In this document: piece by piece, positions 9,276 through 20,399 of the stretch
Layout of the letters: each line of letters begins with the position of its first letter
Position numbering within the stretch: the stretch's first letter is position 1
Origin: Candidatus Latescibacterota bacterium
Lineage (GTDB): Bacteria > Latescibacterota > UBA2968 > GCA-2709665
Direction: 5' to 3'
Length of the DNA stretch: 64,000 nucleotides
Assembly (NCBI GenBank): GCA_965219995.1
Contig: CBDCOX010000002.1
Span: 2,400,001 to 2,464,000 of the forward strand
Made by a program: the position numbers and the translations under genes
Notes under the pieces: generated by a model
Seen by the model: only the letters and a program-made list of their open reading frames with translations
The model's database searches: none
Told to the model about the DNA's origin: nothing

Positions 9276-9956
9276 CTAAGGCCTCTTGAATCCTCGCGCG
9301 TGCCTGCGCATCAGGAGGTAACCCGCAATAAACCCGCCGATATGGGCATACCACGCGACGCCCCCGCCCACGCCGCCCGAATCCGCCGAAGCGCTCACCA
9401 GCTGGATGATGAACCAAACGCCCAGAACCAGCAGCGCTGGCACACGCACGATCTGGATGAAGAACAGGAGGAAGACGAAAACGTGTACCCGGGCACCCGG
9501 GAATCGCGCCAGATAGGCCCCGAGGACTCCCGCAATCGCCCCGCTGGCGCCCACCATGGGAATCGTGGAATCAGGATCCGAGAGCACATGGCCAAGCGAG
9601 GCCGCCACGCCGCAGAAAACGTAGAACAACAGAAACTTCAGCCTCCCCAGCGTGTCCTCGACGTTGTTCCCGAAAATCCAGAGATAAAGCATGTTGCCGC
9701 CCAGATGCATCCAGCCACCGTGCATGAACATCGCCGTCAGGAACGTAAGATAGAGCGGGAACGGCGTTGGCGAAATGGCGTCCACGCCATGGGTGACTTC
9801 AAAGGGAATCAGCCCCATCCGCAGCGTAAATACGTCGAAACCGACGGATCCCAGGGCGATGGAATAGGAGAAAACCCCCACGTTCAGCAGCAGGATGCTC
9901 ACCGTGAATATGGGGGCGCGGCGTGTCGGATTGTCATCTTTGATGGGGAGTATCAT
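9276..9956 (-). CDS. Rhomboid-family intramembrane serine protease
   Basis: FMHGGWMHLGGNMLYLWIFG, GASG (Ser), AHIGG (His). Confidence 0.95.
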   Translation of the reverse strand: MILPIKDDNPTRRAPIFTVSILLLNVGVFSYSIALGSVGFDVFTLRMGLIPFEVTHGVDAISPTPFPLYLTFLTAMFMHGGWMHLGGNMLYLWIFGNNVEDTLGRLKFLLFYVFCGVAASLGHVLSDPDSTIPMVGASGAIAGVLGAYLARFPGARVHVFVFLLFFIQIVRVPALLVLGVWFIIQLVSASADSGGVGGGVAWYAHIGGFIAGYLLMRRHARGFKRP

Positions 9957-9960
9957 CTAC

Positions 9961-12240
9961 CTATCGTACCGTGAACGAACGCACCGCACGGCCGCGGTTG
10001 CCGCAGGCGTCCGTTACCACAACTTCCAACCTGTGGTTTCCGGGCGGAAGCGGTTGCCTGGGCCGGGCTTTCACCTGACCCGTTTCGGGATCGTACTCCG
10101 CGATCAGCCGTTTTCCGTCCAACCGCATCAGTATATCCTGCTCCCGTCGGATTCCCGATCCCGAGTCGCCGATCCTGGCGACGAGCACGGGCCGTCTGAC
10201 GGCAACCTTCGCGCCTCGCTCCGGTCGCTGTATCCTCACCCGGGGAGGGATCTCGTCCAGCAACAGCGCAAAGGTGGAAAAACTCGGGACCTCGGCAGCC
10301 AAGGCATGGCGCCCCCGAACCGCGCGGTTGCCCACGAATACCCACGCTCCCCTCCCGGCTAACCGATAGATGCCCAACCGCTCCGGCCGGTTGAAATCCG
10401 ACGGGTAACGCAGTACGATTTCGGCCTTGCGACGGAATGGCACATCCTCAGGCCCGAACCGGTAACGGGATCCAACCAGCGGAAGGCGTTTTGCTCCTTT
10501 TCCGGGAGTCGCCGCGATTCGTCCGAAGAAGGGCCGGTAGACTTCGCCGGCGTCGAAACGGGCTTCCGCCATGCCGTCCGCCGAACGAACGACCCCGCCC
10601 GACCGCCGCACCGGCGTCTGGACCAGGCGAACGGCGCGTCGACCCGGACTGCCTTTCAGATCGACCGCGGACAGGACCGCTTCAACCCGGCCGTCGACCG
10701 CGGGATCGAACGGCACCACGCACTCGTATCGGTGCAGGCTCCGCTGAAGCACCTCCGCCGTGGTCACCCTGCTCGAAGGCCAACGCAGGGCAACCTCCGG
10801 GCCAGCAGACAAGAGCCGCTTCGAAACGATATTCAACACCGCGAATTCGGGAAAATAGCGAACCGTGCATTCCAGCAGGTCGTCCGTCGCCGTGCGGTTC
10901 GCCATCGAAACGGGCGCACAGACGCGAAAACCCTCCGCCTTCTGCCGGTCCCGGGCGCGCACCCTGTAGACCGCACCGGGGGTGTGGGCGAATTCCACGT
11001 CGATCCTGTCGAGGGCGTCCACGTCGGCCTCGCGAATGTGACCCCAGGAACGACCGGCATCTACAGACCGTTCCACAACGACCGTTTTCAGATTTCCGTC
11101 CAGCACCCGCGCCCGCGCCCGAACGGAACGGCCGTTCAATTCGGCGCGCGCCTCCGGCACGCGCGGAACCTCGTTCACGATGACGTCGAGGTCGGCGAGG
11201 GAGCGGTTCCCGGCCACGTCTTCAACCACCACCCGAATGCGGTTCCTGCCCGGGACCAGCGCAACGCCGCGACCGGTGGGCGGAGCCTCCGCATACAGGA
11301 CGCCGTCTCCCACCTTGAACTTCCCGTACATGGGTAGCTGATTGCCGTCAGAACGGTACAGGTTGTGATACAGGCCGGCGCCGCGCTTTTTCAGGGCAAA
11401 ATTACGATCCAGCTCGACCTGGTTGACCTGATTGTACGCGAAGACCTCGTACCTGGTCTCGAAGACCTCACGGTCGTTTATGAACAGTCTCAAACGGTAC
11501 GGAGAGAAGCGGTTGCTAAGCACCGTGGCGTCGGCCTGATCGTACGTCTTCACACACACTCCAATGCGCCCGCCGATCATGGGCGCCTTCCGCGCGACGT
11601 AGCGTTTGAGTTTCGGACGCCATTGTACGCCGATCGTGACCGGGACCAGTCCATCCGAAACCCTGGAATCAGCGTCCATCGGGATCAGAGCCAGAGACTG
11701 TATGGTCGGCGCAATGGTGTCCTTTACGTCGAAGCCGTGAAGCAACCCGTTGATCGGACGCTGATGCTCATCGCGTATTTCAAAATGCAGATGCGGTACG
11801 CCGCTGCCGGTGCTGCCGGAAAATCCGAGCGTCTCCCCGCGTTTGACTCGAATCTGGTTCGGCTTAAAGAAGAGATTAACGCTATATAATCCCCGCCGGT
11901 CCTGTTCGGCCTCGACGTGGGTCTGAACCCGGGAGGCAAAAGCCGAAAGGTGTGCATAGACCGCCGTTCGGCCGTCCTGCAACCTGATGTAGATTACCTT
12001 GCCGTATCCCCAGGGCGAGGTCCGCACGCGCCAGACGAATCCGTCGTCCACCGCCAGCACCGGATATCCTTCCTTCCCCCACGTCTTGAAATCCAGTCCC
12101 GCGTGGAAGCGCCGGGGCCGGTATTCTCCGAAGGAAGAGTTGAGCGCGGGCGGCGCCGCCATCGGCCAATGGTAATCTGCGGCTTCCGCGATGCCTGAAT
12201 TCACCAGGCAAAGAAACCATATCAAAGGAGTTGCGCGCAT
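9961..12240 (-). CDS. M23-family metallopeptidase with C-terminal beta-sandwich domains, secreted
   Basis: Signal peptide, FGEYR..FHAGLD (HxxxD), YAHL, PHLHFE (HxH). Confidence 0.9.
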   Translation of the reverse strand: MRATPLIWFLCLVNSGIAEAADYHWPMAAPPALNSSFGEYRPRRFHAGLDFKTWGKEGYPVLAVDDGFVWRVRTSPWGYGKVIYIRLQDGRTAVYAHLSAFASRVQTHVEAEQDRRGLYSVNLFFKPNQIRVKRGETLGFSGSTGSGVPHLHFEIRDEHQRPINGLLHGFDVKDTIAPTIQSLALIPMDADSRVSDGLVPVTIGVQWRPKLKRYVARKAPMIGGRIGVCVKTYDQADATVLSNRFSPYRLRLFINDREVFETRYEVFAYNQVNQVELDRNFALKKRGAGLYHNLYRSDGNQLPMYGKFKVGDGVLYAEAPPTGRGVALVPGRNRIRVVVEDVAGNRSLADLDVIVNEVPRVPEARAELNGRSVRARARVLDGNLKTVVVERSVDAGRSWGHIREADVDALDRIDVEFAHTPGAVYRVRARDRQKAEGFRVCAPVSMANRTATDDLLECTVRYFPEFAVLNIVSKRLLSAGPEVALRWPSSRVTTAEVLQRSLHRYECVVPFDPAVDGRVEAVLSAVDLKGSPGRRAVRLVQTPVRRSGGVVRSADGMAEARFDAGEVYRPFFGRIAATPGKGAKRLPLVGSRYRFGPEDVPFRRKAEIVLRYPSDFNRPERLGIYRLAGRGAWVFVGNRAVRGRHALAAEVPSFSTFALLLDEIPPRVRIQRPERGAKVAVRRPVLVARIGDSGSGIRREQDILMRLDGKRLIAEYDPETGQVKARPRQPLPPGNHRLEVVVTDACGNRGRAVRSFTVR

Positions 12241-12302
12241 CTTTTACGGACCTCCCCGTCCGACGATAGGTGCGGTCATTTCGTTCGGATCATATGCGAC
12301 TC

Positions 12303-12331
12303 AGTATAGGTATTTTGTCCTTCAGGGTCAA
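12303..12331 (-). promoter_or_regulatory. Putative sigma70 promoter for M23/rhomboid (TTGACC-N17-TATACT)
   Basis: Near-consensus hexamers with 17-bp spacer on the minus strand, about 60 nt upstream of 12240. Confidence 0.7.
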
Positions 12332-12473
12332 GCACGCGCCGGCTTTTTCGCAACGAACAAAAAAAACTTGCCTGCAAACCCGGCTTCCTATAATTTACTG
12401 TGTTGTTATATAGTTATGCGGTTGCCGCGCTTTCCTACCGCCTCTTTTCCATCCACCGGAGGGTGTTCATCCC

Positions 12474-14294
12474 ATGCTCAAGAACCTGCGCAACGTGGTC
12501 CTGATCAAAGCCATGATGTGGATCGTTGCCATTTCCTTCGTGGCGTTGATGGTATTCGACTGGGGCGCCGGCGGAATGACCTGTGCCGGCCCCGGCGATA
12601 CCGTGGGTGTCATCAACGGTCAGAAGATCAGCCACCAGCAATTCGTCGAAGCCCTCCGCGACGCCTCACGGCAGGCCAAGTCCGGCAACAATACCGAACC
12701 GGAAGAGAGCCAGCTTATCAGTCAGATCTGGGACCAGATGGTCGCCCAGATCCTGTATGCCCAGCAAATCGAAGCCCATGAAATTGCGGTCTCCGATGCC
12801 GAAGTCAACTTCATCAATCGGAATCAGCCGGTCGAATGGGTGCGCAACCAGGAAGTCTTTCAGACGGACGGCAAATTCGATCCGGAGAAATACGGCAGGT
12901 TCCTGGACGACCCCGGCACGTACTCAAGCCCCGAGAGAAACCAGTTCGTACTCAGCGCCGAATACGCCGTACGTCAGGCCGTTCTCATCAGCAAGCTCCA
13001 GGAGATGGTCGCCGGCGGGGTGAGGGTCACATCGGCGGAGGTGCGGGAAGCATTCGTGCGGCAGGAGGAGAAAGTTCGCGTGGCCTACGCGTCCATCGAG
13101 GCGTATTCCATCGCCGATTCGCTGGTTTCTGTTTCGGACGATCAGGTCCAGGCCTATTACAGCGGACACCTGGATGAATTCCATCGCGAAGCGGCCGTCA
13201 ATGCCTCGTTCGTTGCCTTCGAAAAGAAGCCTTCCGCGGCCGATGAAGCCAATGCGGAGGACGAGATCCGCGACCTGCTCGCCGAAATCCGCGCCGGCGG
13301 AGAGTTCGCCGCGCTGGCCCGGAGTCATTCGGACGATCCCGGCAGCGCGGAACGCGGCGGCGATCTGGGATTCTTCGGACGCGGAAGGATGGTCAAGCCG
13401 TTTGAGGAGGCGGCCTTTGCTCTCGAACCCGGTGCAATCTCGGAACCCGTACGTTCCCAGTTCGGATGGCACATCCTCAAGGTCGAGGAACGGAAAGGCG
13501 AGGGTGACGGGCTTGAGGTCCGCGCCAGGCACATCCTGCTGAAAATCCGGCCGGGCAGGGACACGCTGGACAGCCTCCGTCTTGAGTCCGAACGCTTCCA
13601 GGAGCGCGCGGACGAATCCGACTTCCTCACGGCCGTGGCCGAACAGAGCCTGCAGGCGAAAGAAACCGGTTTCATCACCGCCGGCGGGTACTTCCCCCTG
13701 CTGGGCAATCGGACGTCCGGGCTGGTCAACTCCTTTCTCAGCGCTTCCCCGGGCAGGGTTTCCCCCCCGTACGAGACCGAACAGGGGATTTACGTCTTCG
13801 TCCTTCTCGACCGGCGGGTAGCCGGGCCGCAACCGTTGGACGAGGTCTACAACCGCATTGCGACCAAACTGAAGACCACGGAAAAGGTCAACATTGCATC
13901 CACCCGCCTGGCCCCCCTGCTCGAGGAAGTCAGGTCGGGAGAAAGCCTGGAAGAAGCGGCGCATCGTCGCGACATTCGCTTTGCCGAGTCCAAGCCCTTC
14001 AGCCGGGACGACTTCGTGCAGGGCGTCGGCCGCAGGAACGCATTTACAGGCGCGGCTTTCCGGCTGGAAACAGGAACCACCAGCGGCGTCGTCGCCACGG
14101 ACCGGGGCGCATACGTGCTGCAGCTGTTGGAAAAAGAGCCGATTGACGAAGTTGAATTCAAGGTGGAAGTGCCGAAACTGGTCGAACGCCTGCGGGCGGA
14201 AAAACAGAACCAGGTCCTGGCAGCCTGGTTCAGCGACCTCAAAGAGCAGGCGGAAATCATCGACAATCGGCATCTGTTTTACTCGAATTTCTGA
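12474..14294 (+). CDS. PpiD/SurA-type periplasmic chaperone with parvulin PPIase domain
   Basis: N-terminal TM, SurA_N-like region, [22 protein letters not shown]...FEEAAF...SQFGWHI parvulin motif. Confidence 0.92.
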   Translation: MLKNLRNVVLIKAMMWIVAISFVALMVFDWGAGGMTCAGPGDTVGVINGQKISHQQFVEALRDASRQAKSGNNTEPEESQLISQIWDQMVAQILYAQQIEAHEIAVSDAEVNFINRNQPVEWVRNQEVFQTDGKFDPEKYGRFLDDPGTYSSPERNQFVLSAEYAVRQAVLISKLQEMVAGGVRVTSAEVREAFVRQEEKVRVAYASIEAYSIADSLVSVSDDQVQAYYSGHLDEFHREAAVNASFVAFEKKPSAADEANAEDEIRDLLAEIRAGGEFAALARSHSDDPGSAERGGDLGFFGRGRMVKPFEEAAFALEPGAISEPVRSQFGWHILKVEERKGEGDGLEVRARHILLKIRPGRDTLDSLRLESERFQERADESDFLTAVAEQSLQAKETGFITAGGYFPLLGNRTSGLVNSFLSASPGRVSPPYETEQGIYVFVLLDRRVAGPQPLDEVYNRIATKLKTTEKVNIASTRLAPLLEEVRSGESLEEAAHRRDIRFAESKPFSRDDFVQGVGRRNAFTGAAFRLETGTTSGVVATDRGAYVLQLLEKEPIDEVEFKVEVPKLVERLRAEKQNQVLAAWFSDLKEQAEIIDNRHLFYSNF

Positions 14295-14355
14295 GTGGAG
14301 CACGGGCCAGCCCGCGCGCTCCTTATCCGTCGTCTCATTGTACAGGACGCCTCGC

Positions 14356-15054
14356 GTGGCCGTAATTACCGTCTCACGTCAGCTCGGGAGTATCGGAGAC
14401 CTGGTCGCTCGCCGGGCATCGGAAGTTCTCGGTTACGACTTCGTGGACAAGAACATCATCACCGAAGTCGCGCGAGAAGCCAATGTGCCGGAATCCGAAG
14501 TCGAAAAATTCGACGAGCGGACGCAGAGCGCGGTAAAGCGATTCATCCACAGCCTGATCGTGCCTTCCCGGTCTGTTCCGACACCGCCGGCGATGCTCTG
14601 GGGGCTGGAGTTTCCCTACGAAGTGTCGGCCGCGCTCCTGTCCAGTGACGCGACAACCAACGAGGAAAAACACCTTCTGGACCAGCGGGACTATCTCAGG
14701 TTTCTTCAAGCCACGGTCCATCGTCTTCGCAAACGCGACAGGGTCATCATCGTAGGTCGAGGGGGCCAGGCCATCCTAAGGGATGACCCCGATACGCTTC
14801 ATGTCCGCACCGTAGCCCCCCTTGAGAAACGTATCCAGGTCGTCGTGGAACGCCAGAACCTGCGAAGCGGTAAAGAGGCAAGAGAACTGATTCAGAAGAG
14901 CGACAGGCGGCGGTCCGCCTACCTTAAGGACAACTATCAAATCAACTGGGACGATCCCGGGCTGTACCACGTCGTTCTGAATACGGGACGGGCCTCCCTC
15001 GAGTCCGCCGCCCGTACCATCCAGCATGCCGCAGGCGTACTCGGTCTTGCCTGA
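14356..15054 (+). CDS. Cytidylate kinase-like family protein
   Basis: GTG start; ITVSRQLGSIG, VIIVGRGG, SDRRRSAY, YHVVLNT motifs. Confidence 0.85.
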   Translation: MAVITVSRQLGSIGDLVARRASEVLGYDFVDKNIITEVAREANVPESEVEKFDERTQSAVKRFIHSLIVPSRSVPTPPAMLWGLEFPYEVSAALLSSDATTNEEKHLLDQRDYLRFLQATVHRLRKRDRVIIVGRGGQAILRDDPDTLHVRTVAPLEKRIQVVVERQNLRSGKEARELIQKSDRRRSAYLKDNYQINWDDPGLYHVVLNTGRASLESAARTIQHAAGVLGLA

Positions 15055-15167
15055 GTACGCCTGCGGACGTTCCGTTCCACCGGTTACCGCCGGCGCTTTC
15101 CGCCAGGACCACACGCTCACCGCTGCCAATCCCGGTCCATCACACCGACGGCGCGAGGGTTCAGACC

Positions 15168-17276
15168 ATGCCACCTGAAATCAGCCGCTCAAGAATGCGT
15201 TCCATTGCGAACAAGGACCTCTTCGCGGCGATTCGCCTGAAAGGGGCGGGCCTGAAACACGTCCGCAAAGCGGTGAAAGCCGGAAAGTGGAACAAAGCGG
15301 CCGCCGCCTGGGGCGATTACTTCTCCGTGCGGCAGGAACCCCTCAATATGGTCGCGCCTACGGGCGATACCCCCGATCCGGGATCCATTCGGGAGGCTGA
15401 ACGCGTCGTCGCTCACGAAATCCGCGGCTGGCACGACCTGACCTACAAGTTTGGTAAAGAGGTCGACTTCAATGCAAATTGGGGACGATCGGGCATCTAT
15501 GGCACCCATTACTGGGGGTGGTCCGAATGCCTTCGGGTCGCTTACGGGCAGACGGGCGACCCCCGCTACGTGGAATGTTTCGACGATCTGTTCAATCAGT
15601 GGTACGAGCAACGCAACGGCATAGACAACCCCGCCGGACACGACGTCATTTTCTATGAACTCGGCCTGGGCGGGCGCACGCCGCGGTTTATCGATCACTA
15701 CTTTGCGTATCGATCCACAGGCATCCTGCGACCGATCACCCACAGACGCATGCTGAAGACCGTTCTGGGGGCCGGGCGGTGGCTCTATCTGCTTGAAAGG
15801 GATGACGGTTATCGCAGCGGGAACTGGCAGATGTGCGGCTCGTGGGCGCTGGTTTACGCGGGGGGCCTCTTCCCCGAATTCAGGGAGGCGGAAAGCTGGG
15901 TAAAGATTGGCGTGGAACGCCTGCTCGAACACGTTGACAGAGATTTTTATGCCGATGGCTGCCACCACGAGCGCGCTTCCGGCTATGGGGCGTGGTGCAC
16001 CCGTATCAGCGAGGATCTCCTGGCATTCTCGGAGCAGAATCCTGCCGTCGAAGTCGAGCCCGACCTGCGTAAAGCCATCATCCGGATGTACGACTGGTTC
16101 CTGGCCACCACGACCCCGCTGGGTGAATCCCAGGGATTCAACGATGGCGGGATCGGACCTCAGGACGGCATCTTGCGGCGCGCTGCCGAATTTACCGGGG
16201 ACGGCCGATACCTCTGGCCGGTGCGCGAGAGGATCAAATCGGTCTCCGGAGTCCGTCCGAAAAAACCTGATTATACCTCCATCGACAAACGCCCTTCCGG
16301 TTTTGCAGTTATGCGTTCAGACTGGGATGCGGATGCCTGTTATCTTCTCGTCAATTACGGGCCGTGGGGCGGCGGCCATACCCACAACGACCTGCTCGAT
16401 TTCACGATCTATGCCCATGGCGCACCTGTGGCCGTAGAGACGACCCGGTGGGGACCCTACGACAACCCGCTCGATCAGTATTTTCGTTCTCCCCAGGCCC
16501 ACAACCAGGTCGTGGTCAACGACGCGCCGATGGATCGGGTCCATTACCGCGGAGAGGACGCCGCCTGGGCGACCGGAAAACACATTGACCATTTTTCCGC
16601 ATCCCACCGCGCCTACGAACGGCAGTACGGCACCCGCGTACAGCGACGGATCACGTTTCTTAAGCCGGACTATTTCCTCGTTTCCGACGCCGTCTTCGAA
16701 GGTCCCCAGCATCAAGCCTACACCTGGTACCTGCATGCCCCAAACCGGTGGAAGGGAACCCGGAGCCGTTTGCTCACCTCCGGCCGCCCGGGATTGCAGG
16801 CCGTACCCGCAAAACCCTCTGAGATCCATTACGTCCGCCGCGGGACTTCCTACGAAGCAAAGGACGGCACACCAGGCAACTATCCAAACCGGTACTGGGT
16901 CGGTCTGCAGAAATGGGTCATGGGGGAGGGCGCGAACGCCGTTGTGTACGACGTCGCCCTGGTTCCATTCAAGACCGGGCCGGAACAGGTCAAAGTGACC
17001 CGGCGCAGGGCCAGCATCGACGGAAAACCCTGCCGCCCCGAAATCGCCCGAGGCGTCCGGGCCCGGCGCGGCGACAGCACCGATCTTGTCGTTTACGGCG
17101 TGGACGGCAAAACCACGGAATGCGACGGTCTCACCTTCACCGGTACGCTCTGTGTTCTCACCTTTCACGATGAGCGGCCGGTCCGCGCCTCGGTACTCGA
17201 CGGCGGCGACGTCGCCTACAACGGATCCCCTCTGATTCGCACGAACCGCGCCGGACTCACGGAGCGCAACCTGTAG
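15168..17276 (+). CDS. Heparinase II/III-like polysaccharide lyase (alpha/alpha toroid plus beta-sandwich)
   Basis: GNWQ, DGCHHERASGY, FNDG, SGFAVMRSDW, GHTHNDLLDF, AHNQVVVN motifs. Confidence 0.85.
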   Translation: MPPEISRSRMRSIANKDLFAAIRLKGAGLKHVRKAVKAGKWNKAAAAWGDYFSVRQEPLNMVAPTGDTPDPGSIREAERVVAHEIRGWHDLTYKFGKEVDFNANWGRSGIYGTHYWGWSECLRVAYGQTGDPRYVECFDDLFNQWYEQRNGIDNPAGHDVIFYELGLGGRTPRFIDHYFAYRSTGILRPITHRRMLKTVLGAGRWLYLLERDDGYRSGNWQMCGSWALVYAGGLFPEFREAESWVKIGVERLLEHVDRDFYADGCHHERASGYGAWCTRISEDLLAFSEQNPAVEVEPDLRKAIIRMYDWFLATTTPLGESQGFNDGGIGPQDGILRRAAEFTGDGRYLWPVRERIKSVSGVRPKKPDYTSIDKRPSGFAVMRSDWDADACYLLVNYGPWGGGHTHNDLLDFTIYAHGAPVAVETTRWGPYDNPLDQYFRSPQAHNQVVVNDAPMDRVHYRGEDAAWATGKHIDHFSASHRAYERQYGTRVQRRITFLKPDYFLVSDAVFEGPQHQAYTWYLHAPNRWKGTRSRLLTSGRPGLQAVPAKPSEIHYVRRGTSYEAKDGTPGNYPNRYWVGLQKWVMGEGANAVVYDVALVPFKTGPEQVKVTRRRASIDGKPCRPEIARGVRARRGDSTDLVVYGVDGKTTECDGLTFTGTLCVLTFHDERPVRASVLDGGDVAYNGSPLIRTNRAGLTERNL

Positions 17277-17350
17277 CCGGCATCCGGAACCGCAATGCGA
17301 ACCGGAGACGGCCGAATTCGGGCAACTTACCTCGGGGACGGAACACTCCC

Positions 17351-18361
17351 ATGGTCAGACTGGTCCAGCTGATCCACGCCGAAGCGGGGCGGCGCATTGC
17401 AGCGGTCGACGGCGACCGATGCCGGCTGATTGACGGATATACGTCGGTTCACGGCATCGCGAGCTTCGTGCTGCAATCCGGTAACGCCCTGTCCGCGGAA
17501 GTCGAAGAACGACTTGGAACCGACTTCCAGGACTACGACGCCATCTACCACGGCCGGTCCGAATGGAAGCTCCTGCCCGCATACGATCACCCCGGTGAGC
17601 CCTCCCGCTGTCTCGTGGCCGGCACCGGGCTCACCCACCGGGCAAGCGTTGACAACCGGCAGGCCATGCACAAACCGGACGGCGCCGGTGAGACGCAGAT
17701 CACCGACAGCATGCGAATGTACCAATGGGGTCTGCAAGGTGGCAGGCCGGAGCCCGGTAACGTCGGCGTACCGCCGGAGTGGTTCTACAAAGGCAACGGC
17801 GCCATCCTGCGCGCGCACGGGGACCCGCTGGACGTTCCGGCGTTTGCGGGCGACGGCGGCGAAGAACCCGAAGTCGCCGGGGCATATATTATCGATTCTG
17901 AAGGCAATCCCAGGCGAATCGGCATGGCGGCCGGCAACGAATTCTCCGACCACGTAACGGAAAAGAAAAACTACCTCTATCTGGCGCCCTCGAAACTTCG
18001 CACCTGCTCTTTCGGGCCCGAACTCACCCTCGACCCTGATTTTGAGGACGTGGCCGGGGAAGTCGTGATCGAACGGAACGGGTGCAGGATCTGGGCCAGA
18101 TCTATCGCCACCGGCGAAGCGAACATGGCGCACAGTCTGGCCAACCTGGAACACCACCATTTCAAGTACCCGCAGCACCGCCGTCCCGATGACGCGCACA
18201 TCTTCTTCTTCGGCGCGGATGCGTTCAGTTTCGGCGCGGACGTCACCCTGGCGGACGGAGACACCATGAGCGTCTCCTGGAACGGTTTCGGCAGACCCCT
18301 GAAGAATCCCCTTCGGATCGATGAAGATGAGGAAACCCTGATCCGGGTGGATCCACTGTAA
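17351..18361 (+). CDS. araD1: AraD1/GguC-family FAH-superfamily sugar-acid enzyme
   Basis: GTGLTH, DSMRMYQWGLQGGRP, PEWFYKG, DGGEEPE, GNEFSDH, NYLYLAPSKLR, GEANMAHSLANLEHHHFKY. Confidence 0.88.
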   Translation: MVRLVQLIHAEAGRRIAAVDGDRCRLIDGYTSVHGIASFVLQSGNALSAEVEERLGTDFQDYDAIYHGRSEWKLLPAYDHPGEPSRCLVAGTGLTHRASVDNRQAMHKPDGAGETQITDSMRMYQWGLQGGRPEPGNVGVPPEWFYKGNGAILRAHGDPLDVPAFAGDGGEEPEVAGAYIIDSEGNPRRIGMAAGNEFSDHVTEKKNYLYLAPSKLRTCSFGPELTLDPDFEDVAGEVVIERNGCRIWARSIATGEANMAHSLANLEHHHFKYPQHRRPDDAHIFFFGADAFSFGADVTLADGDTMSVSWNGFGRPLKNPLRIDEDEETLIRVDPL

Positions 18362-18447
18362 CCGCGGAAGGCCCTGCGTCGCATCTCCGAGGCGTCCGGC
18401 TCGCGGGCACGACTTCGAACCTTCTCCCTACCTGAAGGACATAACAG

Positions 18448-19293
18448 ATGATTATCGACGTACACGCCCATGTCTTCAGGTACCCGGAACACTTTACCGA
18501 GCGGTTTCAACGCCAGGCCATGCGCGCCCGCGGCGACTCGGAAATCGATCTCTCGGCCGGTTATGAAGCCTACCTCGCCCAGGCGCGCGAGCCGGTTCGA
18601 ACAGTCGTCTTCGGTGGGAAAGCGAGGCTGAGCGGAATCTGGGTAGACGACCGCTACGTTGCCGCGCGCGTGGCGGAAAACCCGGATTCGCTCATCGGTT
18701 TCCTGTCGGTCGACCCCACTCAGGAGGCCTGGCAGGAGGAGTTGAGAGAGGGTCACCAGGGCCTCGGCCTCAAGGGGATCAAGTTGCTCTCGATGTACGC
18801 CGGTTTCAGACCGGACGACCCGTCGCTCGATCCGCTCTGGCGCTACGCCGCGGAACACGGCCTTCCCGTACTGCTCCATACCGGAACCACCTTCGTCGCC
18901 CAGGCGCCCCTGGAATGTACGCTACCCCGTCACCTGGATCCGGTCGCTATTCGTTTTCCGGACGTCAGGATCATCCTGGCGCATCTGGCACATCCGTATG
19001 AAGGCGAATGCGTTGCCGTGATCCGAAAACACCCCAACGTCTACGCCGACGTCTCCGCCCTGCACTATCGTCCCTTCCAGCTCTACCACAGCCTCATGCT
19101 CGTTCAGGAGTACGGCGTCTGGGACAAACTCCTCTTCGGCACGGACTATCCGTTTACCACGGTCGACGCCTCGCTGGACGGCCTCCGCAGTCTGAACAAG
19201 ATGCTCGAAGGCACGGCGCTTCCCCGCCTGGACGCAGATGAAATCGAATCGGTCATCTATAGGGACAGTCTTTCCATCCTGAACCTCGATTAG
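18448..19293 (+). CDS. Amidohydrolase family protein (Amidohydro_2)
   Basis: IIDVHAH, LHTG, LAHLAHP, FGTDYP. Confidence 0.9.
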   Translation: MIIDVHAHVFRYPEHFTERFQRQAMRARGDSEIDLSAGYEAYLAQAREPVRTVVFGGKARLSGIWVDDRYVAARVAENPDSLIGFLSVDPTQEAWQEELREGHQGLGLKGIKLLSMYAGFRPDDPSLDPLWRYAAEHGLPVLLHTGTTFVAQAPLECTLPRHLDPVAIRFPDVRIILAHLAHPYEGECVAVIRKHPNVYADVSALHYRPFQLYHSLMLVQEYGVWDKLLFGTDYPFTTVDASLDGLRSLNKMLEGTALPRLDADEIESVIYRDSLSILNLD

Positions 19294-19411
19294 CCCGATG
19301 CGCATCGACGCTCGGGCAAACAAAACGGCCGCCCGGTGGCGTGGGCGGCGCGGGTGCTGCGTTCCTTTCGCTTTGATGGTGGCGCATGAACGCCAGGTTG
19401 ACTGATTTCCG

Positions 19412-20359
19412 TCAGTCAGCGTCCGGCTGCGCCCCTCCTCCCGTCCACGCAGCGCGGCCCCTGGTGTCCAGGTCCAGGGTCGTCCCCCGATCCGGCAGCG
19501 GGACCAGGGTGCGATAGGCCTCCGCAATTTCGGCTGCCGTTGCAGGAACCAATGCGCATCCCTGCCGTTCGCAGATCTCACGCGCAGCCGCAACGACTCC
19601 CAACATGGTCTCCCTTCGAAAGTCCACAGCGTCTCCGTAATCGAAGATGTTGTGCGTCAACGCCTTCAGGACCTTCACGGGAATGGCGCTTCCATTCTCG
19701 ATCTGTCGCTGCACATTCTTGTGAATCGTATACCAGTGGTTCTTGGCGTCCACCAGTTCGATGCGCAGGTCCTGCGGGTGCGCCCCGCCCCACATCCGCG
19801 AGTCCACGTCCACCGTGGGCGGAATATCCACGAAATCCACGTCCCCGGCAAGGGACCGGTTGTACCGGTGCGGGTAGTGGACGTCCAGCGGCGAACTTCC
19901 CCAAACGCAGGCGCATTGCGGCAGGTTTCGCGTTGGCATGGAGACGGTGCCGTGCGTGAATCCCAGCGCCTCCAGCGCGGGAAACGTATGGTCATTCGCC
20001 GAGAAATAACCGGGCGTGAATACGGCCGGCGGACGGCCCATGGCATCGGCGAACACATCCATCCCTTCCTTCAGAATTGCCGTCTGTTCATCGAATCCGT
20101 ATACGCCGAAGAACTCCTCGTGCCCCTGTTCCGCCGGATGAATGTGCAGGCCCACTTCGTGCCCCGCCGACTCCAGTTCACGGTACACCGGCGCGTGTAC
20201 CTGCATGTCGGATGGGATGACGACAAACGTCCCCTTCGTTCCGGTCTGCGAAAAGACCTCACCCAGCCCACGGATCGACCGCTCGCCCAGCGCGGGATCG
20301 TCGATACTGCGTTGCGTGGATTCGCAATCGACCTGGACGTTGAAGAGAATCTCTGTCAC
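19412..20359 (-). CDS. Polysaccharide deacetylase-like (NodB-type barrel) protein
   Basis: VDCE acidic motif, GTFVV, GHEVGLHIHP, FTPG, LEALGF. Confidence 0.75.
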   Translation of the reverse strand: MTEILFNVQVDCESTQRSIDDPALGERSIRGLGEVFSQTGTKGTFVVIPSDMQVHAPVYRELESAGHEVGLHIHPAEQGHEEFFGVYGFDEQTAILKEGMDVFADAMGRPPAVFTPGYFSANDHTFPALEALGFTHGTVSMPTRNLPQCACVWGSSPLDVHYPHRYNRSLAGDVDFVDIPPTVDVDSRMWGGAHPQDLRIELVDAKNHWYTIHKNVQRQIENGSAIPVKVLKALTHNIFDYGDAVDFRRETMLGVVAAAREICERQGCALVPATAAEIAEAYRTLVPLPDRGTTLDLDTRGRAAWTGGGAQPDAD

Positions 20360-20399
20360 GACGCTTCATCTCCCGGCTAACGGCATGAACCTCTCGCGA

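Noticed and set aside
12368-12394. TTGCCT...TATAAT promoter for the PpiD/SurA gene
   Set aside because: Good -10 but only a 15-bp spacer; not well enough supported
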